DNA of 64,000 nucleotides, taken from positions 17,496-81,495 of IMG/VR virus record IMGVR_UViG_3300031867_000032, one strand, 5' to 3'. Shown piece by piece: positions 12,901-26,982 of the stretch. Source of the stretch: a virus (lineage: Duplodnaviria > Caudoviricetes). Position 1 is the first letter of the stretch, and every line of letters begins with the position of its first letter. The position numbers and the translations under genes were made by a program. The notes beneath the pieces are model-generated. The model made no database searches, was not told the DNA's origin, and worked only from the letters and a program-made list of their open reading frames with translations.

Positions 12901-15900
12901 CCAAAATGATAATCAGCATTATCGTTTACAGAATATTCGTGCGGAAGTTGTTTTAAGCGAAGATCAAACTTATTATGGCTTTTTCTCATTACCAATTATT
13001 GAATATGAAAATCTTGGTGGTTTAAATGTAGCAAGTTTATTATTAAAAAATAGAATTGCCATAGATAAAAAATATTATTTAAAAGAGATTATTTATAATC
13101 AAGATGGCCGCAATCCTGTTTATAATCATAATCAAGGATTAAAATTAATTAATTTACCACCAAATATTAATAGAATAGTTTTTAAAGCTAAAGGTGGATG
13201 AGATGCTCAAAAAAATACTTCTGGTAGTATTTCTAAAGTAATAGAAGATACTCCTGATTTTCTTCTTCTTTTGGAGAAAGATAATAATGAAGTTGTAGCA
13301 CAACAAGAAATAGAAATAACCAATATAAATAAAGAAGCAATGGTTTACGTCATTCCAAATGATACTTATAATGGAAGTCAAACTAACAATAGAATAGAAG
13401 CTAGATTATATAATATTAATAATGATTTAGTAGCTACTGTTTATGCTCCTATCCATATGGCTTTAAATACTTTCGGATTAGCATCTCTTAATGCATGAGA
13501 TGGTAATACTGTAAAAATAGATGAAGATAATGGATACGTCATGGCTCCGCAAGTAGGTGCTGGTGAAAAAGACTCTAATAATCGTTTCACTGGTGTTTTA
13601 ATGGGTAAAACAGAAACATATACTGGTGGTGCAGATAATGAAAAAGAAGTAGGATTATTTGGATATACTCATGGTATTCAATCAATTTTCTTAGATTCTG
13701 AAACAGGAGACGCTACTTTTGGATTGCCAGATGGATATACTTTTAATGAAGAAAGTGGAACACCAGTTCCAACTTTAGAAGGAGATACCTACAATGAGGG
13801 TCGCATTGAATTGCGTCCTGGAGCTGTTAGTAAAATAGGTGGTTGGCGATTAGGTCGCCGCAGCATTTATTATACGATGACCCCAGATCCAAAAGAAGAT
13901 AAATCTAAATACATAAATGGTATAAAAACTATAACTAATTTTGGATATAAGTATTCAGGAGAAATTGGCCCTAAATATGAAGGAGATATGGGAACTCCTG
14001 GTAAAAAAAATTATGCTGCTCATCATGAAAAAGATATTAAAACATCAGATGGAGGATTGTTACTTTCTGCAAATCCAGCTTATATCTCTATTAAAGGTAA
14101 AAAATTAGGCTATGATGATATTAATACTGGATTGAATAGTAATTTGTATATTGGAGATTCATTAGAAATGCAATTAGACCCTCAAACTCCAACTCTTTTT
14201 ACTATTTTTAGACATAATGGTCCATCAAGAGCTTATCCTGGAAAACGTTTTTATTTAGCTGGTATCAACGATAAAGGAGAATTAATTGCCAATGGTACCG
14301 CGACAGATGATGGTTCTGGAACAGGTACTAAATCTGGTGTAAATACTTTAAAAGCATTTAAGGATAATTTAAATTCTGACGCTTCTTACGTAGGATCAAT
14401 GTTTGAAGCTGGACATAACGCTGCAAGTACAAAAGTATTTCTTCAAATGTTTAGAGAGCGACCTACAGATGATGCAGATTCAAAAGGTGCTTCTACTCAA
14501 GTATATATAACAGGAGGTCAACAGACTACTTCTGGAGACTTTACGAGCAATTCAGTTTCAGGCGATGAATATGGTAGACCGATTAGTATTCATGGTCAAA
14601 GTCTTATTTTATATGCCAGAACAAGTGAAGATGATTCTAAACAATATATTACCGTAGGAGACGATCCTATAAGAGGCGAGTATATTAAAACATCTGATGG
14701 TAAATATGAGGCAATAATTAGAGATCCGGATACAAATGAAATAATGAATCCAGCAGATGAATATTATGTTATGAAAGGTTTTAATTATCCTGAGACAGAC
14801 GCAAACATTAAAATTTCTACTAATGAAGCTCAAATTAATTTAGGTCCAAGTACTCAATTATATTTAAAGCGTAAGCAAGAAGATGCAGATAAAGGAGATG
14901 GCTCAAAAGAAAAAGTTGGACCTAGTATACTAAAAACAACAGGTGCCTTCAATTGAGAAATTGGAACTGAGGGTAGAAAAGCTAATTTAAATATAAACGC
15001 TGCGGAGTTAACTGAAAATTATACTGAAATCATTCAAAATGTTAATGGACCAACAGAAATTAATAATAGTAAATTATATCAAATTAATGGTAAAGATGAT
15101 ATTAAATTATTTAGAGGAACTACAGTTGATGCTGGAGATGATGATAATAAGAATACCATTTATTCTCAATTAACATTGACTAATAATGAAGCTACTTTTG
15201 GATTAAATGCAAAAAGTTTCATAACTTTAAAAGATGAAGCTGATGAAGAAAGCAAATGAGAAACAATCGGAAAACTTTCTTTAATTTCAACTAGAAATAG
15301 TGATAAAACCGGTGCCAATATATTTATTCATTCAAATCAAATAGGTTCTGGAACAGCTCATAATGAAGATACATTACCTCAAATTCAGTTATCAGCAGGA
15401 GCAATCAATTCTAGTATAGTTAATGATGAAACTATTTATAATGGAAATCAAGTATCTATTTATTTAAATAGTAGCAATAATAATTGATCAAATTCTGAAC
15501 CAATAGGAAATGAAAAAAATAATTCTCAAATTGGGGGAAGCGAAAAAATAGATGGAGTTCCTTTTGAGATTCGAGTTCAAAATTATAATTATAATAATAA
15601 AGAAAAAAAATATAGCTCAGCTCAAAACAGAACTATTTCCATTAGAACAAATAAAATTTATGATCATCAAAATCATACAGCTACTCAATTATATACTTTT
15701 AGAGTAGGTATGTCTGCAAAAGTTGTAGGTGGTATTGAATTAACCGATGGTTATGCTGGTGTATCAGGAGGAAGTAATTTTAGTATTTGAGCGGCTAGAG
15801 GTATCCATACAGAATGACAAGCTGATTGAATTAATTTTGGTTTAACTAATTTTTCTGGTTTTAGAAGAGGACCTATTTATCATAATAACGATGGAGGATA

Positions 15901-16327
15901 TTATTCTGTTGATGGTATAACAACATTAAAAGAAGCTATCGACAATTGTCTTAAAGCTGCGGGAGCAGCAAAAAGTGCAGCAGACGCTGCTCAGTCTACA
16001 GCAAATAGTGCTCTTAGTATTGCTACTAATCATAAACATACTTTTACAGTCTCTCATAGCACAAAAACTATGAAAACAATTAAAGATATTGATTATAAAA
16101 CAAAAACTTTTTCAGCGGTAAAAGATGGCGATAATGTAACATTAAATTCTGTTGTAAGTAGTATTGGAAATGTTGTAGCATTAAGAGATTTTACTTTATC
16201 TGCAGATAATCAAGGATATTCTCAAGTCAAAATAAATGAAAAAGAAGAGTCTTTTGAGAAATTAGACCCCAATCCCGCTACTGGAACATATGAATGAACT
16301 TCGAGTGGTCCTAGTTGATCATCTTAA
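9917..16327 (+). CDS. Very large tail/baseplate-associated protein, 2136 aa in code 4
   Basis: AAGGAG RBS then ATG at 9917; track fragments share one frame, and the gaps I read contained only TGA, to TAA at 16325; beta-rich composition, directly after tape measure gene. Confidence 0.75.
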
Positions 16328-16358
16328 CTGGTAAAAAATAAAAAGGAGATAAAAGGAT

Positions 16359-16592
16359 ATGAATTTACAAACACGTTTAGAGCTTCAAGGCTCATTACAA
16401 AATTGAGTTGATTCTACTATGAATCAATTTAATATTTCAGCAGCTCAAATGGAAGATGCTATGTCAAAAGTAATATTAAATCTCAAAGATAAAGTTTTGC
16501 AAGATTATCTTTTAGAACAACAACAAGCTTATCAAGAAGCCATGGCATCTTCTTCTATTCCAGAAGAACAGGAGGAAGATGTAGATGGCTAG
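16359..16592 (+). CDS. Small hypothetical protein, 77 aa, one TGA-Trp
   Basis: AAGGA RBS, MNLQTRLELQGSLQN[W]VDS...EEDVDG, TAG. Confidence 0.7.
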
Positions 16593-16866
16593 AATTACTG
16601 ATATTATATATCATAGAACAGAAGAACAAAATACTAATAATGATATTGAATATAATATTGGAACAACTTTTGATCAAGTTCACGTTGCGAAAGATAATAA
16701 TTTTACATTAGCTGGAGTAGTAAACTATCTTAAAACTTTTTTCAATAAGCAAATGCATATGATTTATCAAGGAGCAGAGCCTCAAAACTTAAAAGTAATG
16801 GAATGGTATGCTGTTGGCGGAGATATTGAAACAGATGATGCTCCAACAGCTGCTGCAAATAATTAA
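16585..16866 (+). CDS. Small hypothetical protein, 93 aa
   Basis: GGAGG RBS, intact ORF in operon context. Confidence 0.7.
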   Translation: MARITDIIYHRTEEQNTNNDIEYNIGTTFDQVHVAKDNNFTLAGVVNYLKTFFNKQMHMIYQGAEPQNLKVMEWYAVGGDIETDDAPTAAANN

Positions 16867-16884
16867 AAGAAAGGAGGATAAAAT

Positions 16885-19800
16885 ATGGCTACCATATTAA
16901 GTACACTTTATCCTCCTCTCATTGATACTTTTATGCCAGCTTTTCCTAATACAGATAGTGCGGTGGCACATTTTACTGTGTCACCGTATAATTCTACTTA
17001 TGATATTCAATATTTGCATGTAACATTAGTAAATCAAAAAACTAATAAGAACGCTTTTTCAACAGAAGCAAATATTGAAACACCAGAGGGAACGGCTTTA
17101 ATCAATGGGATTTGAATTCTACCTTTTTCTGAGTCTCTTAATGGAGATATTAATCCTTATCTCGAAATGAACAGAGCAAATAATTATTTTACACTATATA
17201 TTCCAAGAGCTCTACTAAAGGCTAATGAAGATGGGTCAAATACTTTTAATGTAAACAGCTATTATAAATTACAATTAAGATTTGACAAATATGTTTCAAC
17301 TGATAATAGTTGATCTATTACTCAAGCTAATAGTAATTATATTTCTGAAAAGCGAGCTTATTTTTCAGAATGGTCTAGTGTTTGTTTATTAAAAGCTATT
17401 CCAGAAATTACTGTCCATTTTAATAATTTTACATATGAACCTACTGAAAATTATGGAGCTAGCTCTACTACTGCGGTCACTAATTTACCTTCTACAACTG
17501 TTGTTCCATCAAGAGTCCCGCAATATATGCCTGGTATTATTCCTTTTGCAGGAAATCTTACTTTTGCGGGGAATAATGATAATTCTATTAGTAAGAGTGC
17601 AAATTCAGAATATTATCAAAGAGATATTCGCACTACTTCTAATGATGAATATTTAATGTCTTATCGAATAATTGTTCAAGATCAATTAGGTAATCTTATT
17701 AAAGACAGTAAAATTCAATATCCATCTAAAGATGAAAAGACAAATACTTTTTATTGATTATGTGATATGACAGAGGTTGCTCCTGGCGCAGACTATAATG
17801 TAACTCTTAATTTTACAACAAATAATCAATATACTTTTTCTAAAACTTTTACTTTTACTTTAATGGAACCAACTGTTACTAATTTTGAGCCAAAGATTAG
17901 TTTTAATAAAATTCCTTTGAAAGCATATGGAATTGAAGAACAAGTTTTAGTTACTTCAGAAGATGGATGAGTAGACGTTACAGTTCAATGAAATGGTAGT
18001 TTTGATAATGGTTATTTATTTATTAAAAGAGCTACTTCGTTGACAAACTTTAAAGAATGAGAGTTATTAGATTGTTATTACAATGATGATAATACAAATT
18101 TAACTAGAACTATTACTGATAAAACTATTAGTAGTCTTGTTGGTTATAAATATGCTTGTCAATATTTAACTGTTAAAGGTTCTTGGTCTCAAACTGTAAT
18201 AAGCCCTGAAATTGTTTATCCTGATTTTCATGATATTTTATTAAGTCGTGGAGATAAACAATTAGCAGTTAGATATAATCCACAAATTGCAAGTTTAACA
18301 CCAGTAGTAAGTCGTGTAAAAATTGATACTTTAGGTGGCCGTTACCCTAAATTTGCGGAAAATGCTAAACTTCATTATAAGCAATTCCAATTATCCGGTT
18401 TAATAACTGCGGAAAGTGATTTCAACCGTACTTTCTTAAATGATTTAGACTATAACGATGATATGGATTTATATAATGATAAAATGAATGGACAATATCA
18501 AATTCGTAATGATACTGTCCAAGAGACAGAAATAATGTACGGAATAGACTCAGACGGGAATGTTATTCCTAAATATAATGGTACTTATAGTGCGGAAATT
18601 GAGTCTGCGGATACTGACACTGAAATTCTTTTAAGAGATACACAAAAGAATACCAGACATGATCTTTATCCTAAAGATAATTGATGGTGAGAAAGAAAAT
18701 TCCGTGAAGAAGTTATGGAATGACTCAATGATGGAGAACCTAAATTATATCGCTCTATGACTGAAGGTAATTTAATTGTAATGTTAGATTCTATCAGCTT
18801 AACACCTAATGCACAATTGGGTCGCCGCATCTGGAATTTTTCTTGTACCGTTTATGAAGTTGGGGATGGTAATTCGCTAGAACAACTTGATGCTCTTGGA
18901 ATTTATCCAGTAGTAAATAGTTATAGTATAAATTTAACATCTGATCAAGGAATAACCACAGAAAATACAAATACATTATTGGGTCAAACTTATAGAATAA
19001 AAGCAAGTCCTAATGGTACAAATTTAATTCATACCGGTGAGTATGGAGACGATTATGGATATGTTTCTATCATTAATAGTAATGGTGAATTAGATGATAA
19101 AGTAAAAGCTCTTTCTATTGGAGATCAGATAGGTAATCTTTATACAGGATTGTATCAGAATTTTGATTTTGATACTTCAACAATTCGATTAAAAGATGTT
19201 AAAATTCAATTTGAATCATTGCCGCAATGATATGATTTAGATTCTATGTCTCCTTCAAATCATGCTATTGGCGGGCTATATTTGACTATTCAAAGAAATG
19301 ATGAATTAGTTGATATAGTAGTAGATGAAAATTATCGAATCGTTGAAGTAAAGAATAATGCTCCTTTATGAGTTCAAGAAGGAATGACTATTACAGATTT
19401 CTTGTCTGATTGAGAAACTAAATCAGGAAATACATATTATAAAATTGAAGATGAAGATCAGTATATATATACAACTATTTCTTCCGATGATTATGAGTCA
19501 GAAACTTTTAATTATTATAAATTTAAAGAACCTTATACTAAAGATGGAAGAAATTATATTAGCAAAGCTGAATTAAAAGGAAAAAGATTTATTTTAAAAG
19601 ATTCTAATATACAAGATGCTTCTACTGATTATGCTACTTATACAGCAGTAAGTCCAACTACTTCTTTGCCAGAAACAGAAGAGGAATGAGGAACTTATTA
19701 TGTTTTAGTTGATAAAATTGCAGAAGATGGATCAACAGAAAATTCTGAATATTATGATTATATACAGATTCCAAAGAAAGAATATAAACCTGATTCTAAA

Positions 19801-22800
19801 CAGTATAAAAAAGTACAACTAAATGATAAAAATTATTTTATTGAAGTCTTTGATGAAGAAGAAAAAGATAAATATTTAAAGGGAAAAACTGACGCCGATT
19901 CTGAAGAATATAATGAATATTTTAATGAAAAGTATGTTGGCACAGATGAATATAAAAAGATTTCTTGAAATGATTCTTTGGAGTTTAATTTTTATCTAGC
20001 AGAAAAATTAGATGAAGTTATTTATCAAAGAATTAATAATCCTGCATCTACCGATTATGAAGAAAATAGAGAGCTTTTAAAAGAAAGCATAGATAGCTTA
20101 AATAACACTATCGAAGATCTATATCTTCAATTAGAAGAAACTTTAAAACAATTTGAGCCATCTGAAGAAGAAGACATTGACCCTAATTCTTTAACACCAG
20201 AACAGCAAGAAAAGTATGATCTTTATAAGAATATTGTTAAACAAATTGATGAAATTTGAGCAATATATATAGATTTTCAAAATATTAAATCATATTTTGA
20301 CAAACCAGGTTGAGGACAAAAATTAGAAGATTGAATTAATGCATATAATATTATTAGCGAGGAAGAGAAAAAAGAATTAGTACATACTATAAAAGAGAAT
20401 ATTACAATACAGCGGGATGAAGATTATATTAAATATGTTTCTCTCTTTGAGCCTAAAATAACAGCTTATATATTATATAAATTACGCGAAGAGTCTTTAG
20501 ATTATAGTGACGTTGGATATGACGAATCTATACATTTAATTGATATAGCTAATAAAATAGCTAATGAATTAATGCCTATAAAGGATTTACAGACAAAAGT
20601 TTATAATTATACGATTATCTATGATAATGAAAATAATATTTATTCTCTTAGAAAATGAAATCCTACTACAGAAGAGCTTAATGCAGAGATAGAACGAATT
20701 AATAGATGAATATCTTTAATAGAAACAGATATTGCTTCACTAGAGGAAATTATTAGAAATAAAGAATGAGAAGAAGATTCTGAATTATCAGATGAACAAA
20801 AATTTGAAATATTAAATGGATATGAAGAAAATTTAAAAAATGTAAAAGAAAAATTGGCAGAATATCAACGAGAATTAGCATGATGCAATAATAAATTACA
20901 AGAAATAACCGATAGCAATTCTACAGATAGTGGTTCTACAGATGATAGTTCTACAGATGATAGTTCTACAGATAGTGGTTCTACAGATAGTGGTTCTACA
21001 GATAGTGGGTCTACAGGTAGTGACTCTACAGATAATGATTCTATAGATAGTAGTAATACTACAAATATAATTGGTGAAGATGAAGTAAATAATATCAAAA
21101 ATACTGCTAATTTATTTAAAGCTATTTTTGAAAAAATTGATGAAAGAAATTCACAAGAAGAAAATTGAAAGATATTGAATGAAAAACTATCTGAGGCAAA
21201 TGAAAATAGTGTTTATCATTATGCACGAGCAGAAATTAAGGATATTTTAAAAGGTAATAAGCTTAATTCAAGTAATAATACAATAATAAAGTTTAATGCT
21301 AATACTTTATTATTAGAAAACTTACCAGAAGATCTTGACGATGACAATATTTATAATTATTTCAAATATACCGTAGAAGAAGAGCTTATAGACCAATTAG
21401 AAGAAGAGAATGATGATGAAGAAAAAGTCGTAACAAAGCTTCTCATTACTTATAAACCAATTACTAATGAAAAAGATATTAAAGAAGAGGATTATGATTT
21501 TATTTATATTTGAAATGATTATTTTAAATATCTTATAAGTCTTTCAACTTTAAAAAATATATTAGATGATAATAATCAATATGTTTATATAGGAGATGAT
21601 TCTTCTATATCTTTTGAAGAAGAAAATCTTTTTAAGCAAATTACAGAAATTTCAACTGAAAATTTCTTCTTATATTCTGAAACCGAACCATCTAAATACA
21701 TTATTTATAATACCGAAGATGAAACGAGATATTATAAAATTTTAGATGAGAACTTTTTATCAGTTGCCGATTGAAAAAATAATACTATTTACTATTATCT
21801 CATTGATACAGATGGTATTCCAAGCGAAGAAGACTATTGAGAAATAGGTACTGATATAGACGAAGGTTCAATATCAACTTTCTATGAAAAAATAAATAAA
21901 AAATATAAAGAAGAATCTTCAGAAGAAGAAGAAAAAGATATTAGCGAAATCACTTATCCGCATTATGTTGTAATAAATACAGAAAAGAAATATGAATATC
22001 CTGTTTACATTAGATTAAAAAGAAAAAATCCCAATATAGATGACGATTATACTAATTATGAATTTAAACCATTAACAGAAGTCCTAGACTATATAAATGA
22101 ATTCATTTATGTTAATAGTTATAATTCTTATGTTTCTAAAGAAGATACTGATAAGATAAAAATAACGACAGTATTAGGACCTGGAAATCAATTAATTAGA
22201 GTTAATACTGATACTGGGGAAGATTTAAGTTTTACAAATCTTAAAGATACAGATTCTGGTATTATAAGTGCTCAAATAACTGATTTCATCGACAATCAAA
22301 TTAAACGAAAAAATTATGGATTAGGATATAAACTACAATTAAAGTTAGCATCGCCGCATAATCCAGGTGCTATTCTAACTCGTACAATTTTTGTTAATGA
22401 AAGAGGATATTATCAAGTACCTTCTAATATGATTGTAAAAGAAATTAAGCTATTTGATGAAGCTGTTGCAACACTTGATTATATTCTAGAATATGATTTA
22501 ACTTATAATGATGTAACTGAGCCAAATTCTTATGAGGTTAGTGAATCTATAGTTGGTCAAATTTCTGGTGAATGGGATCATAACACTTCTATTGCACCTA
22601 TTATTTCTAAAAAATATTGAGCCTATGATCAAAATAATTCAACTATAAACCAACAGATGGTTGACTATTGGAAAGCTATCAGTTTTGATGGAACTCCTTA
22701 TACAATTCTTGATATTCAGCCTACTGGTACTCAGAATTCAATGCGGTATATAGTTGGTCGTTCAGGTGTATTAAATCTCCAAACAGATTATCCTACTTTA

Positions 22801-23352
22801 AATATGTATATCGCAGGAAAGCGTATGATACAAGCACCTATTACACGTCAACCGTATTTAGATGAATGAGAGTATGTTATTGATGAATCTGTTTATACAG
22901 GTAAACAAGATTCTGAATCAGAGGATGGTTTCTACTGATGAGTTGTTTATAATAATCAAACTACAGAAGAAACAGATGTTATTGTAAAAGTTCATTTAGA
23001 AACACCAAAAACTTATGAAGAAACAATTCAAGTAGATGAAGATTCTTCTTTGACGGTAGATGTTTTAGAATTTGATGCTGAGGAAGCTAAGGTTGTAGCA
23101 GATACTTGGTATAGCTTAGAAGATACTCATTATGCGTCAACAGAAATTTTGGATCCAAAGCCAAATACTATTTATGGAATTGTTAATACTTTAGGTGTTA
23201 TCGAGTATAAGATATATTATCTTGACCGAGGTTGATTTAACGTGACATTCCCAAATATTGCGGATAATGACTACTCCATTGCATATGCTCAAGTGCCTGT
23301 TTATGGAATGATAGATTATCGTGCTAATATTATAAAGAAACTATGGAGTTAA
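16885..23352 (+). CDS. Very large virion (tail/baseplate) protein with acidic low-complexity central region, 2155 aa in code 4
   Basis: AAGGAGG RBS; fragments from 16885 to 23050 share one frame separated by TGA; TAA at 23350. Confidence 0.75.
20911..21054 (+). repeat. In-frame 15-bp tandem repeat, about 9 units, encoding STD(S/D)(G/S)
   Basis: tctacagatagtggt / tctacagatgatagt units from 20920 to 21054. Confidence 0.9.
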
Positions 23353-23369
23353 TAAGGAGTTGATAACAA

Positions 23370-25838
23370 ATGAGAAAAACTTACCCTTATCTTGAAGAAT
23401 CTTATACTGCTCATTTAAAAGACAATCCTTATCTTGAAAATCCATATGTTTATAATGTAAACACAGAGCAAAGAAAAAGAAATTTTCTTTCTCAAATTGA
23501 TAATTTTATTAATCAAAAACAATATATCAACATGACCTTATTAGATTGACAAGAGAGACCTCTCAAAGAAATTGATGGTGTTATTACTTCTGGTTCAATC
23601 ACTAAAGATGGAAGCAGTTCTGTCCGCAGGACTGCTTCCCTTTCTTGCTCTTTAGATGGCGGCGTTTATGATGTTGATGATTTAAGAATGGATTTTGCCT
23701 TAAATAAAAAAATCTTTATAGAAATTGGTGTTAAAAATAAAACCAATAGATATGAAGATTGACCTATTTTGTGATTCCCGCAAGGAGTTTTCTATATTAA
23801 TTCAATAAGCTTTAACTCAGCTACTTCTTCTGCAGTTAATCTAAGTTTACAGCTAAAAGATAAAATGTGCCTATTAAATGGGGACGTTGGCGGAAAATTA
23901 CCTGCAACTGTTCCATTTGATACTATGACAACTCAATTAGCTGATGGTACAATTACTGAACAAAAAGTATTATATTATAATATTATTACTGAATTAGTCC
24001 ATCATTGGGGAGAAGAAGATTTAAATAACATCATTATCCAAGATGTTCCTTTACGAATCCGCAAAGTAATGGCTTGAAATGGTGAAAATGCTGTTTACCT
24101 AAGTGAAAGTCAGGATACGGTTGTTGATAATTCTTATCAATTTTCAATAGAAGCTCAAGAAGGATATAACAAGTATGAACAAGGCGATGATATCGGATAT
24201 GTTTATGCTGACTTTGTTCCTACATCTGAAATTACTGGGTCTGTTGGGGATTCAGTTTGTACTATTCTCGATACTATAAAAAACCAATTAGGTAATTATG
24301 AATACTTTTATGATGTATTTGGAATCTTTCACTTCAGAGAAATAAAAAATTATTTAAATATCACACAATCAAATATTCTTCTCCAAGAGATGGGAAATGC
24401 GGGAAGACACATTAATTTAGAAGAGGGCCAATTCCAATTAGATACCGGCTCTGAAATACAATATTTAGTAGAAACGACTAGTGAAAAAACAGTTTATTCT
24501 TTTACAGATGCTACTAATATTACTTCAATTACAGTAACTCCAAATTATGATAACATAAAAAATGATTTTATCATAAATGGAATTAGACAAAATACATCAT
24601 CGGATGTACAATATCCTATTCGTTATAGATGTGTTATAGATGAAAAACCTGAAATTGAGTTTTATGTTAATGCAGATACCGCTAATCGTTATAGTCGTAA
24701 AATGACTTGAACAGAATTAGAAAATCCAAATGCTTCTTATGTAGGAGCCTATGGAGAATTTGATAATATTCTTTTTTATACTCACCCAGATTATTCTGAT
24801 GGTCGAGTCGTATTAGAAACGAATCAACTAGGTAAATGAATTGAATATCAAGTCCCGCAAACTGATGCGGATGGAAACCAGATTACAGATGAAGATGGTA
24901 ATATTCAATATATGTTTTATATTCCTGAAATAGGAAATATGGATCAGATATATCGTTCTGGCGAAACAGAATTTCAAATTTGAAATGGTTCAGAATACAC
25001 TAAAGTTTACTTAAAAGATAACCCTAGTGATCGAGATGCGGAAGAAAAAGATCCTATAATTTATAGCTCTATGGTTGGTGGATTGGGGCCGTATTATCCA
25101 ATAGATTGAAGAACTTTTATGTATCTTTATGGATTAGAAGCAAATGCCAATGGCACAGATCCAGGACCGTATTTTCAAGATTTATATAATTTTTGACCAA
25201 ATGAATACAATCTCCGCAGGGATAAACAATGTTTCTTTGGAGAAGAAGCAGATGGTAGTATTCATTTTAAAACTTTAGCTCAGGGGAATTTTTTCTTTGA
25301 TATTATTGATGCTAGTTCTTCTTCTCTTGGAGAATATAGCGTCCAAAATATTGGTCGTAGAATAGATAGTTACAATGAAGATGATGTTAATTGTTTATTT
25401 AGACCAGAAATTCCTAATGTAGTTTTCTTAAATAAGGATGATCCAAGTCAAAATTGATCTGAAAATACTACAATAACAGAACTTAGAAATGTTTCAAGTA
25501 CAATAGAAATGCTTGAAGCTCAAAGACAAGAATGTATTTTAAATAATCAACCTTGAGTTCAAGTTCCTAATGACGTTTATGCTAATTTGATTACTGGTGG
25601 CTATTTAAATAGTGCGTATGAAGCTTTAAGATATGAATTGTTTGCACATACAAAATATCAAAAAGTTGTTTCAATTACAGCTTTGCCCGCATTTTATCTT
25701 GAACCTAATAGCAGAGTAGAAGTTTCAGAAAGAACAACTAATACTTATGGTGACTTTATGATTCAAAATATAAGTTTAACATTGGGGCCTGGAGCAAATA
25801 TGTCTGTTAGCTTAAATGAAGTTTCTGAAAGATTATAA
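23370..25838 (+). CDS. Baseplate hub/tail protein (DUF5048-like by recollection), 822 aa in code 4
   Basis: AAGGAG RBS; MTLLD[W]QERPLKEIDGVITSGSITKDGSSSVRRT and C-terminal VSITALPAFYLEPNSRVEV...IQNISLTL hub-like ending. Confidence 0.6.
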
Positions 25839-25850
25839 GGAGGTGTGTAT

Positions 25851-26963
25851 ATGGCTCGTACAACTAATTATGGATTGGGGCAATATCGTTTTAATAAAGA
25901 ATATTCTTATATAGGAGAATTACAGAACTCCACTATAGAATATTATAGTAATGAGAGTTATGGTTCTACAAAATATCAAGATATTCTTGTTACACTTCCT
26001 GTTGCGGAAAATACTAGTACTCCATTAATTCAATATGGAAAAACTTATTATATAGAATTAACAGTACCTCAAAATCAAGAATATACAACAACAATTGATT
26101 TAAAATTATGTGCTGCAACAACTATTAATCAAAATAGTGCACCTGACCTCAATCGTTTTCAGAATATAAAAAGATTAATAGTTCCGCCAACTCCTAACCC
26201 AGATGATAAAATCCATAGTCCTGTCTTATTATTTGAGTCTCCTGAGACACAAAATATAAAAGATAATCCTGAGACGCCAGAAAAAGAAGAGGAAAAAGAG
26301 ACAATTTTAGCCGCAGTTATTGAAGATTGTATTGAAGGTATGGGTTTATCTCCGTATCACGTTTATAAATATAAAAATCAATATTTTTATTGTTATAAGA
26401 ATCTTAATTCTAGTGAGATATGAAATTCAATAAGTGGAGAAAATGGAGGAGAAAAATCTCCATATTTTATAAAAAATAAAAATGTTAGTACATTGATACA
26501 AACTTGAAAAGTTTCAGAAGGAAAAGAGTCTACTGTAACATATAAGTTTGCATTTTCACCTAAATATAATCTTGAAGGTGGTTATAAATATTTGTTAATT
26601 GAAACAAATCGAGAAAATGGTTGAAGTCAAACTATGCAATGAATTAATGATAATGGCGAAACTTATTATGGCACTACTTTAGATATAGCTAGTGTTAATT
26701 TTAAAATATACAGTGTTTCTAATCTTTTGGAAAGAAATGCACTTGGTCAATCACAAATTCAATCTAGTACAGGGCAACTTACTCACATTGGAATTTGGGG
26801 CCACCCAGAACAAGCATTTACTATTAATGGCGAAGAAATTAAAATTGGTCAAAGTGGCTTCTATGAGCTAAATGATTACATTATTAATAATATAGGTGTA
26901 ATTGTTACAGATAAACAAGTTGATCGATTTACAATCGATTATGAATATAAAGTGGTTAATTAG
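25851..26963 (+). CDS. Hypothetical structural protein, 370 aa in code 4
   Basis: AGGAGG RBS; continuous frame through TGA codons to TAG. Confidence 0.75.
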
Positions 26964-26982
26964 ACAAAGGGGGAAACGATTT

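Noticed and set aside
20911-21054. CRISPR array
   Set aside because: Contiguous 15-bp in-frame coding repeats with no spacers.
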